A stretch of DNA of 45,821 bases from Planctomycetota bacterium (GTDB taxonomy: Bacteria > Planctomycetota > UBA8108 > UBA1146), in NCBI GenBank assembly GCA_036338595.1, contig JAYZBV010000092.1:1-45821 (forward strand), written 5' to 3'. Of the stretch, positions 37,144 to 45,821 are shown one piece after another (within the stretch, counting starts at the first letter, position 1; each line of letters starts with the position of its first letter). Made by a program: the position numbers and the translations under genes. The notes beneath the pieces were generated by a model. That model was not told the DNA's origin. It saw only the letters and a list, made by a program, of their open reading frames with translations, and did no database searches.

Positions 37144-40100
37144 ATGCTTGAGGACGATAAAGAAAAGAAGGAAAACGGCCGCCTCGTCGGATTGCTGGAT
37201 CCCTCGGATCCGCGCCTGGCCGATGTTCGCCTGGCTCCCATCTTGCGTGATTTTCTCGAGCAGTACGACGCAGTGCTGGATGAACTCTACGATGAAAAAG
37301 CACTTCGTCAACTGGCCGGAGACTTACTCAATACCTTCAATTTATTTCTCAAGCGAAACAAGAACGAGGTTCAGGTCAGCATCTGGGCAGACCCGAAGCA
37401 GGACCCCGATAGCAAATCGATCTTCCTGGACGTGGTTTGCAATGATCAGCCCTTCATCGTCGATACCGTGGAAATGATCATCGAGGAGCGTGGGCTCGAG
37501 GTGATCAGCAAGCACACGGCGAATGCTTCTGCGGTCAGGGCAAAGGATGGCACGATTGTCGCCATCGACGCCACGGCAGCGAATTCAAGAGAAGAAGTCA
37601 TCTGCCACTTCGAGATCGCGTCGATGCCGATGGCACAGATGCGTGACGATCTACTGCGTTGCATCGAAGAGCGACTCTTGATGGCCACCACGGTCGTGAA
37701 GGACTACAAGCGCATCAAGGGTGTGATTCGGGATTCGATCCGTGCCATCCGGCGTAGCGCAGCGGGGACTCCCGTGGGGGATGTGCTGGGTACCCGCAGT
37801 CTTCTCGACTGGCTGATTCAGGACCATTTCGTCTTCTTCGGTGTGGATCGCTGGAGCAGTGACGAAGGCGATCTCTCGACCCTCAAGATCGATCTGTCGC
37901 TCGGGGTTCCCTGCCTGGAGGATGCGGATAAAGATCTGGTGATGCATGCAGTGGAGACTCTCTCCGGTGATTCTCCACCGAGAGACTTCGTGGTTTCATT
38001 CAAGGGATTGGGGGATTCCTGCATCCATCGCCAGGGCAAGATTGACCACTTCGTGGTGCGAGAGCCGGCGGTCGATGGCGTGATCCGCCACATCCACATC
38101 TGGGGCCTGTTCACCTTCAAGGCCGTGCAAACTCCTGGGGATCAGATTCCCCATGTTCGCACAAAGCTGGACGATGTGATTTCTCAGCATTCCATCCCGA
38201 AGGGTGGGTTGCGTTACAAGGCGTTCCAGAACTCCTTCAACTCGATACCGGTAGAGTTCCTGTTCCAGGCTCGTTCGAGCGAGATCGAGGCAGTCATCCA
38301 TGCGATCCACTATGTCGAAAGGTCCAAGGAGATTCGCGGCCATCTAGTTGTCGATGATGAGCGTCGCAAGGGACTCTATTTCCTGATCATTCCACGGGAG
38401 GGCTATTCCGAGGAGCAACGCTCCCGGATTGAAGGCATCCTGTTCGAGATGATGAGAGCCAGTTATTCCGATTCGAGGGTCAATCTGGGTAAGCACGGTA
38501 CGGTGTTGCTCTCCTTCTTCTTCACTGCCTCCGATCGGCTCGATGAGGTCGATCCAGAGTGGATCGATGAGCGGATCAGGCTTGTCGCCGGAACCTGGGC
38601 GGATCGATTGCATCGGCAATTCGATCTGGCCGAGCAGGAAGACTCCGAAAAGATATATCGCCGCTACCGCGATGCTTTTCCGGAGGGGTACCAGATCCTC
38701 CATTCCCCGAGGGAGGGCCTTCAGGACGTTCTGAAACTGGAGCAATTACATTCCGATCCAGACCTCAATTTCGCATTCAGCGTTTTTCGTAACGAGGTCG
38801 ATAGGGCCAAAAATTCTGCAAGGTTGCGGATCTACCAGCGAAAGAACCTGTTTCTTTCGACGACGTTGCCGATTCTTGATAATTTTGGACTGCAGATCGT
38901 CGAACAGAACTCCTTCGAGATCAGCCCATCATCCTCTGATCGATTTTCCATAGACACCTTTCAGGTACATGGCATCGATAGTGATGAACATCCACTGGTG
39001 ACGAGATCCGAACTGGTGGTTGATTCTCTGGGAGCTGTATTCTCCGGCGCAACGAGTAGCGATCATCTCGATCGACTGATCCTCGAGGTTGGAATCGACC
39101 ATCTGGATGTGAATCTGATCCGAAATCAATTGCACTACCTGCATCAACTTGGGATCTCCACCACGATTGCATTTGCGTCTCAGACGCTTGCGCAACATGC
39201 AGGAATTACCAGGAGCCTGTTGGAGTCGTACAGGATTCGATTTGATCCAGACCTGGAACTGGATATGGAGCAGCGGAAATCACGCGCATCGGAAATTCGT
39301 GAAGAGATCTATCGCGCCCTCAATGATGTGCGTTCCAGCGCTCAAGATGTGTTCTTGCGCAGGATCCTCGGCATCCTGGATTCGACACTGAGAACCACAC
39401 GATTCAACGGTACAGATGAGCCCCTGCAGGCCTACAAGTACGACTCCGCTTCTCTGCCTGTGGGCAATCACCCGCGACCATGGCGAGAAATGTATGTCCA
39501 TCATCCCGAGGTGGAGGGTGTGCATCTACGGGGAGGTCCTCTGGCCAGGGGAGGCTTACGCTGGTCCGATCGGATCACGGATTACAGAACCGAGGTCCAT
39601 GGGCTCCAGCGGACGCAGATGGTGAAGAATGTCCTGATCGTTCCTGTGGGAGCAAAGGGTGGCTTTGTTCTTCGTCGCCCTCATGCAGATAGAGCCGAGC
39701 GTCGTGTGCAGGCCGACAATCTCTACAAGATCTTCATCGAGGGCTTGTTGAGTCTCACCGACAATGTTGTGGATGGTCAGGTGGTCGGACCCGAGCGAGT
39801 GATTCGCTGGGATGGCGACGATCCGTATCTGGTGGTGGCAGCAGATAAGGGCACCTCTCACCTATCCGATACAGCGAATGCTATTTCCAGGAAGCACAAT
39901 TTTTGGCTTGGTGACGCTTTTGCTTCCGGTGGTTGCCATGGCTACGACCACAAGGAACTGGCGATCACGGCACGTGGAGCATGGGAACAGGCTTTGATTC
40001 ATTTCCGCTCACTCGGAATCGATCCAGACACGGATCCCTATTCCGTGGTCGGGATAGGGGACATGAGTGGAGATGTCTTTGGAAACGGCATGCTGCTGGC

Positions 40101-41937
40101 TCGAAAAGCAAAATTGGTGGCCGCATTCAATCATCTGCACATCTTCATCGATCCGGATCCAGATCCTGAAACAGGCTACGCAGAACGACAACGACTGTTC
40201 CAGATGGGGCGCTCGAATTGGGGAGATTATGACCGCTCACTCCTTTCCGAGGGTGGCGAGATCTTCGACCGTTCTGAAAAGACAGTCGATCCATCTTCGA
40301 TTGCGCGGGTGCTGCTCGGATTGCCTCCCGAGGGAGTCTTTTCTCCCGAGGAATTGATCCGTGTGATTCTCTGTGCCGATGTTGACATGCTGTTCAACGG
40401 TGGCATCGGCACCTACATCCGATCTTCTCTGGAAGACGACCTGTCGGTCGATGACGCCTCGAATTCAGCCTGCCGCGTTACCGGAAAGCAGGTCCGAGCC
40501 CGGATGTTGATCGAGGGTGGCAACCTGGGCGTGACACCACGTGGTCGGGTCGAACTGTCCCGTGGGGGAGCACTGATCAATACCGATTTCGTCGACAACT
40601 CCGGCGGAGTCGACTGCTCAGACCACGAAGTGAATCTGAAAACGCTCTTGATCGATGAAGTCAGTTCAGGCCGACTCACCGAGGAGCAACGAAACGAGGT
40701 CCTGATAGAGGTGCAGGACGATGTTTGCGATCAGGTGCTGACCAATACTCGAGAACAAGGCTTGATGCTGGGTCTCGATGAGATCCGCAGTGAAGTCGAT
40801 CCATTCTCCATCGAGCGGACGATGATGATCCTGGAGGATCGAGGAGTGCTGGATCGCGATGCTCAATCATTACCTTCTCAGGATGAACTGACCGCAAGAC
40901 ATGGTGAAGGGCTTGGCCTCTTCAGGCCAGAGCTGGCAATCGTTGCAGCCCACGCGAAGATGGACGCATACAAGAGGTTGCTGAAGCAACCTGTTGGTCG
41001 CGTCGATGAAAACAAATTCCTGTTCGAGTATTTTCCAGAGTTGGTCCGTACTCGTTTCCCGGAAGCGATCCAGAAGCACCAGCTGCGACGTGAAATCGCG
41101 ATGACGATACTGACCAACAGAATCGTGGACCGTGCAGGTTCCTTCTTCTTCCTCGACATGGAACGAGAAACTGGCCGTTCGATCGGCCATGTCGCTCGCT
41201 CATACCTGATTGCAGATGATCTGATCAGGGCCGAAGAGATGCGAAACGAGATCCTGTCCCTCAAGTCCATTTCTGCCCGTGTCGCCACCCACACACTGGT
41301 CCGCATCCAGGAGGCGTTGAGGAGATCCGCTGCATGGTTGCTCAGCAGTCATGATGATGACCGACTCGACCGGATCGAAGCGTTGATTGCCGATGGGGTC
41401 AGCCCCTTGAAGGAGTACGAGGAAGCGATTCCGGGCTGCCTGCCAGGTCCGGAGCTGGAGCGTCATGAGAACCTCATCAGTGAAGGAATCAGCTGTGGAT
41501 TCTCGCCCTCACTGGCGCAGAATCTTGCGAAGTTCGAGCACTTGACCGCAGGTGTCAGGATCCTGGACATCAGTAGAACTCATGACATCCTGGTCGCAGA
41601 TGTTGCGCGCGTATACTACCTGCTGGGTAATAAAAGCGGCCTCCATCCGCTGGTCAGGAAGTGCGACGAGGTGATCTCGACAGGCCGATGGGATTCCCTC
41701 TCGATGCGAATCTTGCGCAATACGATCCTCGATGGATTGTGGGCACTGGTGGCCAGGATCTGCAGCAATAGTTCAGAGCAACGAAATGGCGACTGGATCG
41801 AACAGGCTGTTGAGGAGTTGAGGCGGAAACCCAGTTACATCGCGATGGAATCCGATATTCGCCGCATCGGGTCGGAAGAACTCAGCATCGCCTCGGTTCA
41901 GGTGCTGAGTGTTCGATTCCGCAGATTCGTTCAATAG
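37144..41937 (+). CDS. gdhB: NAD-specific glutamate dehydrogenase (large ~180 kDa type)
   Basis: DQPFIVDT, RGGLRWSDR, QMVKN..IVPVGAKGGF, DDPYLVVAADKGT, LGDAFASGG, GIGDMSGDVFGNG, GGIGTY, EGGNLG, DNSGGVDCSDHEVN. ATG 37144 follows GGAG. Confidence 0.95.
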   Translation: MLEDDKEKKENGRLVGLLDPSDPRLADVRLAPILRDFLEQYDAVLDELYDEKALRQLAGDLLNTFNLFLKRNKNEVQVSIWADPKQDPDSKSIFLDVVCNDQPFIVDTVEMIIEERGLEVISKHTANASAVRAKDGTIVAIDATAANSREEVICHFEIASMPMAQMRDDLLRCIEERLLMATTVVKDYKRIKGVIRDSIRAIRRSAAGTPVGDVLGTRSLLDWLIQDHFVFFGVDRWSSDEGDLSTLKIDLSLGVPCLEDADKDLVMHAVETLSGDSPPRDFVVSFKGLGDSCIHRQGKIDHFVVREPAVDGVIRHIHIWGLFTFKAVQTPGDQIPHVRTKLDDVISQHSIPKGGLRYKAFQNSFNSIPVEFLFQARSSEIEAVIHAIHYVERSKEIRGHLVVDDERRKGLYFLIIPREGYSEEQRSRIEGILFEMMRASYSDSRVNLGKHGTVLLSFFFTASDRLDEVDPEWIDERIRLVAGTWADRLHRQFDLAEQEDSEKIYRRYRDAFPEGYQILHSPREGLQDVLKLEQLHSDPDLNFAFSVFRNEVDRAKNSARLRIYQRKNLFLSTTLPILDNFGLQIVEQNSFEISPSSSDRFSIDTFQVHGIDSDEHPLVTRSELVVDSLGAVFSGATSSDHLDRLILEVGIDHLDVNLIRNQLHYLHQLGISTTIAFASQTLAQHAGITRSLLESYRIRFDPDLELDMEQRKSRASEIREEIYRALNDVRSSAQDVFLRRILGILDSTLRTTRFNGTDEPLQAYKYDSASLPVGNHPRPWREMYVHHPEVEGVHLRGGPLARGGLRWSDRITDYRTEVHGLQRTQMVKNVLIVPVGAKGGFVLRRPHADRAERRVQADNLYKIFIEGLLSLTDNVVDGQVVGPERVIRWDGDDPYLVVAADKGTSHLSDTANAISRKHNFWLGDAFASGGCHGYDHKELAITARGAWEQALIHFRSLGIDPDTDPYSVVGIGDMSGDVFGNGMLLARKAKLVAAFNHLHIFIDPDPDPETGYAERQRLFQMGRSNWGDYDRSLLSEGGEIFDRSEKTVDPSSIARVLLGLPPEGVFSPEELIRVILCADVDMLFNGGIGTYIRSSLEDDLSVDDASNSACRVTGKQVRARMLIEGGNLGVTPRGRVELSRGGALINTDFVDNSGGVDCSDHEVNLKTLLIDEVSSGRLTEEQRNEVLIEVQDDVCDQVLTNTREQGLMLGLDEIRSEVDPFSIERTMMILEDRGVLDRDAQSLPSQDELTARHGEGLGLFRPELAIVAAHAKMDAYKRLLKQPVGRVDENKFLFEYFPELVRTRFPEAIQKHQLRREIAMTILTNRIVDRAGSFFFLDMERETGRSIGHVARSYLIADDLIRAEEMRNEILSLKSISARVATHTLVRIQEALRRSAAWLLSSHDDDRLDRIEALIADGVSPLKEYEEAIPGCLPGPELERHENLISEGISCGFSPSLAQNLAKFEHLTAGVRILDISRTHDILVADVARVYYLLGNKSGLHPLVRKCDEVISTGRWDSLSMRILRNTILDGLWALVARICSNSSEQRNGDWIEQAVEELRRKPSYIAMESDIRRIGSEELSIASVQVLSVRFRRFVQ

Positions 41938-41945
41938 GAGGATCA

Positions 41946-42812
41946 TTGGCGCAAAGACAGCACGAGGTGTCACGCGTGCTGTGGGGAACCCTGCTGGCCA
42001 ATCTCATCGTCGCGTCGATGCAACTGATCTATGGTTATGCAAACGGTGTCCTGTCGGTGGTCGCGGATGGTTTTCACTCCCTGCTCGACGGATCTTCCAA
42101 CATCATAGCGCTGATCGGGATCCGGGTTGCCTCGCAACCCCCCGATGACGATCATCCATACGGCCATCAGAAATTCGAGATTCTCTCGGCGATGGCCATC
42201 TCGCTGCTGCTCTTTGTAGCAGCGTGGCACATCGTGTCCGATTCGCTGGGACGGTGGGATGATGGGGGGGTGTCTGATCCTCATCCCATCGGATACCTGG
42301 TACTGGCAGTGACGGCGGTCATCAATCTGCTGGTATTCAGATGGCAGCGTCGTCGAGGGAGAGAACTCCAGAGCCCTGTGCTGCTGGCCGACAGCGAGCA
42401 TACCCGTTCTGATTTGCTTGGAACTCTCGCAGCGGTGGTGGCGCTCTTCGCCATCCGAAGTGGATGGCCCCTCGTGGATGTCGGGGTGGCGATGGCAATC
42501 GGACTCTTCATCGCACGATCCGGCTACAAGATTGCACTCCAATCTGCCGGTGTCCTGGCGGATCGTGCTCCCATCGATCCCGCAAGAATCGTCGAGATCG
42601 CACTGCGATTCGAGGGAATCCGCGATGTCCACGATGTCAGAAGTAGAGGTTTTGGCAGCGGGATCTTCGTGGACATGAATCTGCATGTCGATCCCAGCAT
42701 GTCAGTGGACGAGGCACATCGCATCGCACATGAGGTCGAGGAAAAGATCAGGGAAGAACTGCCCGAGGTCCACGATGTCGTGATTCATGTCGAACCTGAA
42801 GGAACCCATTAG
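41946..42812 (+). CDS. cation diffusion facilitator (FieF-like) transporter
   Basis: TTG start after GGAGG. ADGFHSLLD, HPYGHQKFE, LADSEHTRSD, C-terminal VDMNLHVD...VIHVEP. Confidence 0.92.
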   Translation: MAQRQHEVSRVLWGTLLANLIVASMQLIYGYANGVLSVVADGFHSLLDGSSNIIALIGIRVASQPPDDDHPYGHQKFEILSAMAISLLLFVAAWHIVSDSLGRWDDGGVSDPHPIGYLVLAVTAVINLLVFRWQRRRGRELQSPVLLADSEHTRSDLLGTLAAVVALFAIRSGWPLVDVGVAMAIGLFIARSGYKIALQSAGVLADRAPIDPARIVEIALRFEGIRDVHDVRSRGFGSGIFVDMNLHVDPSMSVDEAHRIAHEVEEKIREELPEVHDVVIHVEPEGTH

Positions 42813-43774
42813 AAGAGGATCGACGCCATCCAGCCGAGGTATGTCGCTATCAGTGTCACCCCGACCAGTTTCCTGGGGCGTGCTGGCATCTTCGGTGACA
42901 GCAGAAAGCAGATGGACAGTGCCAGTACAAGGTTGAGTATCAGATCCGCTCGAAGTTCGATGAGATCGACCTGAAGCGGCCGGACCAGTGCTGCTGCCCC
43001 GACGATGGCGATGGTATTGAACAGATTCGAGCCGACTATATTTCCGACTGCCATCGAGGCGGTTCCTTTGCGCAATGCAGCGATGGAAGCAAAGAATTCA
43101 GGGGCCCCGGTTCCCGCGGCTACTATGGTCAGTCCGATGATGGTGTCACTGACGCCGAGAATCGTCGCCATCGAAACTGCGCCGTCCACCAGTAGCTCGG
43201 CTCCGAACCAGAGTCCCAGAATTCCGATCACCAGAGACAGGATGATCGACATCGATCGTGCGCCTCTCGCGATCTGCTCCACCTCCTCGGTGGCAGGGTT
43301 CTTCTTGCCGCTCCTCAGAGTCAGAAAAATCAACAGAACGAACACGAGTTCCATCAGCAATCCGATGCCCATGTCGATGGTCGCGACGCCTTGTGCATCT
43401 CGCACGAAGAACAGATACAGCGTGAACAGCAAGGTGTAGATCAGCAGTCCGATGGTCTCGGTGAGTCCTGGAGCGGCTGGTTTCTTGTGTGTCCAGATCA
43501 GAACGGTCCCCAGCACCAGCCCGATGTTGAAGATGTTTGAGCCGATGACATTGCCGATGCTGAGTCCTGATTGGCCCTCGATCTGGGCCATCAAGGAGAC
43601 CAGCAATTCCGGAAGCGAAGTACCCGCCGCAACCACTGTAATGCCGATGAAGAGTGGAGATAGCTTGAAGCGCATCGCCAGTTCCACAGCACCTGAGATC
43701 AATTGATGCCCACCGATGCTCAGCATCACCAACCCGACGAGGATCCATCCCAGGGGTAGCAGGTATTCCGTCAT
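42809..43774 (-). CDS. calcium/sodium antiporter (YrbG/CaCA family)
   Basis: Two alpha-repeats: GITVVAAGTSLPEL..GNVIGSNIFN and GLTIVAAGTGAPE..GNIVGSNLFN. Confidence 0.9.
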   Translation of the reverse strand: MTEYLLPLGWILVGLVMLSIGGHQLISGAVELAMRFKLSPLFIGITVVAAGTSLPELLVSLMAQIEGQSGLSIGNVIGSNIFNIGLVLGTVLIWTHKKPAAPGLTETIGLLIYTLLFTLYLFFVRDAQGVATIDMGIGLLMELVFVLLIFLTLRSGKKNPATEEVEQIARGARSMSIILSLVIGILGLWFGAELLVDGAVSMATILGVSDTIIGLTIVAAGTGAPEFFASIAALRKGTASMAVGNIVGSNLFNTIAIVGAAALVRPLQVDLIELRADLILNLVLALSICFLLSPKMPARPRKLVGVTLIATYLGWMASILF

Positions 43775-43781
43775 CGCGCTG

Positions 43782-44927
43782 CTAGAAGGGAGCAAACAGG
43801 ATGCTGAAGAAGGCGCTGACCGGTTCCTGCTCCCTGAGATCCTCTGTCGAGTCTCGCAGCAGCGTCAGAGTCTCGCGCGCTTCCTGGTACAGTTCAGGAT
43901 TGTTGATCAGGCTATGAAGTGTTCCTGGACCCTTCTCGATCGCCTCGCTGATGCTTGCGATGGCATTGATGGCGTTTCTCATGCGAGTTCGAAGTTCTCG
44001 ATCATGGAGCAGGTCACGCAGAGGGCCCTGTCCAGTTTCATTGAGTTGCTCCGATGCGCTTCGTAGATTCATCGAGATGTCCATCCAGTACTGACTCAGG
44101 GTCTTGTCATGGATCACCCTGCCAGCGATGCCATCTGTTCCCGCCAGGGATGTCGTGATCTGGTCTACATTGCGGGCACTACTGCGAACATGTTCCTGAA
44201 ACTCCTGGTCCTTGAAGATCATGCCTGCCGTTCCCTCACCGGAGGAGAAATATTGCATCTCCTGGTCGAGCAGGGTCAGGAGTCTATCGAACTGTTGTCG
44301 CTGTACCGAATCGTCCGAGAGCAGTGAGCCGAGGATACCCCTGCCATTCTCGAGGTCGTCGACAATCGTCCCCATGCCCTCGATGACATTCAACATCGTC
44401 GTCTTGGCTTCATCATTGCTGAGCAGCCCACCGACAATCCCCTGACCGGATTGCAGGTTGTCGAGCAGCTTGTCGAGGTTGTCCAGGCTGCTCTTGATCG
44501 CATCTCTGTTCTCGGCGAGCATCGAACCCACTTCCCCGAACAGACCATCGCTGGCGATCCCAACCAGAGCCTGAGGATCGACCAGTTCACCCTTGCCGGG
44601 TTTATAATCCAGGTAGGAGCCCCCCAGGGCGCTGGCTGCCATCACCTTGAAACTGTATTCATTTCGCGGCGGCAGGTGTTCCCAGATTCGAAGTTTGGCG
44701 ACCGCAAGTCCGCGAGTCTCGTCGAGGTATATATGGTCGATTGATCCGGCTCGTAAGCCTCGAATCCGCACGGGTTCGCCAGGCTTCAATCCTGACACAT
44801 CGGAAAATCCGACTTCCAGTATCAGGTCATCGGAGCCGGACGGAACTCCGCGGACGAGGATGGTCAACGCACCAAGGAATACCAGCGAGAGGATGAAGAT
44901 GATTCCGACTACAAAATCTCTCGTCAT
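43782..44927 (-). CDS. mlaD: MlaD/MCE family substrate-binding protein with long helical C-terminus
   Basis: N-terminal TM. MCE motif FSDVSGLKPGEPVRIRGL..G. Repeated G.G..G.L helical segments. Downstream of mlaF. Confidence 0.88.
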   Translation of the reverse strand: MTRDFVVGIIFILSLVFLGALTILVRGVPSGSDDLILEVGFSDVSGLKPGEPVRIRGLRAGSIDHIYLDETRGLAVAKLRIWEHLPPRNEYSFKVMAASALGGSYLDYKPGKGELVDPQALVGIASDGLFGEVGSMLAENRDAIKSSLDNLDKLLDNLQSGQGIVGGLLSNDEAKTTMLNVIEGMGTIVDDLENGRGILGSLLSDDSVQRQQFDRLLTLLDQEMQYFSSGEGTAGMIFKDQEFQEHVRSSARNVDQITTSLAGTDGIAGRVIHDKTLSQYWMDISMNLRSASEQLNETGQGPLRDLLHDRELRTRMRNAINAIASISEAIEKGPGTLHSLINNPELYQEARETLTLLRDSTEDLREQEPVSAFFSILFAPF

Positions 44928-45721
44928 GATTCCTCACTTTCTTCATTATTCAATGAGTCTGCTCCCGGATCTTCCCGGATCTCTTTTGCCAGAGGTCCTT
45001 CGACATTTCCGTGGATGAACTGATGCACTGCTGGGTCAGAGGATCCCCGAAACTCATCTGCGGTTCCCAGTGCGTGTACTTTACCCCCATGGAGTAGTGC
45101 GATGCGATCAGCGACCTCGAATGCGGATCCCATGTCATGAGTGACCACCATCTGGGTGATTCCCATCTCCTTGAGCTTCATGATGAGGCCGTTGATCACA
45201 CTGGATGAGATGGGGTCGAGGCCTGAAGTCGGCTCGTCGTGGAGCATGATTTCCGGTTTGCAGACAAGAGCTCGAGCGAGGCCGGCTCGTTTCCGCATGC
45301 CGCCAGAGATTTCCGAGGGAAGTTTCGTGGCATGACCATCTAGTTCCACCTCGCACAGCACCTCGGCAATCCTCTGCTGGATCTCCTCCTCGCTGTGGGA
45401 TCTGCGTTCTCGAAGGGGTAGACCGATGTTATCAGCGAGATTGAGCCAGTTCAGTAGAGCGCCATCCTGGAAGAGGTAGCCGATCCTCATGCGTACTTTG
45501 CGGAGGACCTCTGGCCTGTGGTGCGAGATCTCCTCGCCGAGTACTTCAATCTCACCTTGATCAGGGGTGAGGAGACCGATGACATGGCGGAGTGTGACGC
45601 TCTTTCCCGTCCCTGAGCGTCCCAGAATGACGAGAGTTTCACCCTCTTCCACCGTCAAGGACAGTCCGTCGAGGATCTTTCTTCCACCGAGTTGCTTGTG
45701 CACATCTTTGAGCTGAATCAT
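44924..45721 (-). CDS. mlaF: MlaF/Mkl family ABC ATPase
   Basis: GRSGTGKS, LFQDGAL, ISGGMRKRAGLARAL, DEPTSGLDP, VVTHD. ATG 45721 overlaps the upstream TGA. Confidence 0.92.
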   Translation of the reverse strand: MIQLKDVHKQLGGRKILDGLSLTVEEGETLVILGRSGTGKSVTLRHVIGLLTPDQGEIEVLGEEISHHRPEVLRKVRMRIGYLFQDGALLNWLNLADNIGLPLRERRSHSEEEIQQRIAEVLCEVELDGHATKLPSEISGGMRKRAGLARALVCKPEIMLHDEPTSGLDPISSSVINGLIMKLKEMGITQMVVTHDMGSAFEVADRIALLHGGKVHALGTADEFRGSSDPAVHQFIHGNVEGPLAKEIREDPGADSLNNEESEES

Positions 45722-45821
45722 GTCAGAAAACTCCAACTGATGTAGTAGCCCATGATGATGATGAGCAGGAAGGAGACCACCACGGCTCTCCTGGCAGCTT
45801 GACCGACACCCGTGGCTCCAC
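45718..45821 (-). CDS. mlaE: MlaE family ABC permease, C-terminal fragment (runs off the window)
   Basis: Minus-strand frame reads GATGVGQAARRAVVVSFLLIIIMGYYISWSFLT*, matching the MlaE C-terminal GA.GVG.A...AVV.S motif. Stop overlaps the mlaF start. Confidence 0.8.
   Translation of the reverse strand, partial: GATGVGQAARRAVVVSFLLIIIMGYYISWSFLT

Overview
A gene-dense, GC-rich bacterial chromosomal segment, most likely from a Planctomycetota genome. That assignment is inference, based on planctomycete-type dockerin-like modules, DUF1570-like peptidases, a eukaryote-type UDP-sugar pyrophosphorylase and a kinase-like membrane protein. The window holds about 30 protein genes and two tRNAs, Leu(TAA) and Cys(GCA). 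Core genes: nadC, uvrB, a large NAD-glutamate dehydrogenase, a CDF transporter, a Ca2+/Na+ antiporter, mlaD-mlaF-mlaE (mlaE partial), a UDP-GlcNAc pyrophosphorylase, a YaiI-family protein, and a SigR/SigH-like ECF sigma with a zinc anti-sigma. No integrase, transposase, CRISPR array or rRNA was seen. Most notable: (1) a secreted dockerin-fused penicillin-acylase-family gene broken by a single in-frame TAG at beta-chain position 19, with both halves otherwise intact; (2) four unrelated secreted proteins within about 12 kb that share one Cys-flanked dockerin-like module, suggesting an uncharacterised surface-display or scaffolding system; (3) a membrane pseudokinase next to tandem DUF1570-like HExxH peptidases, the first preceded by a leader carrying a 12-nt copy of the 16S rRNA 3' end; (4) a likely autoregulatory GGAAC-N18-GTTG ECF promoter; (5) Cys and Leu(TAA) tRNAs in cysT-leuZ order but separated by a 6-kb cassette of envelope genes. 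All calls come from reading motifs by eye; no database searches were run.
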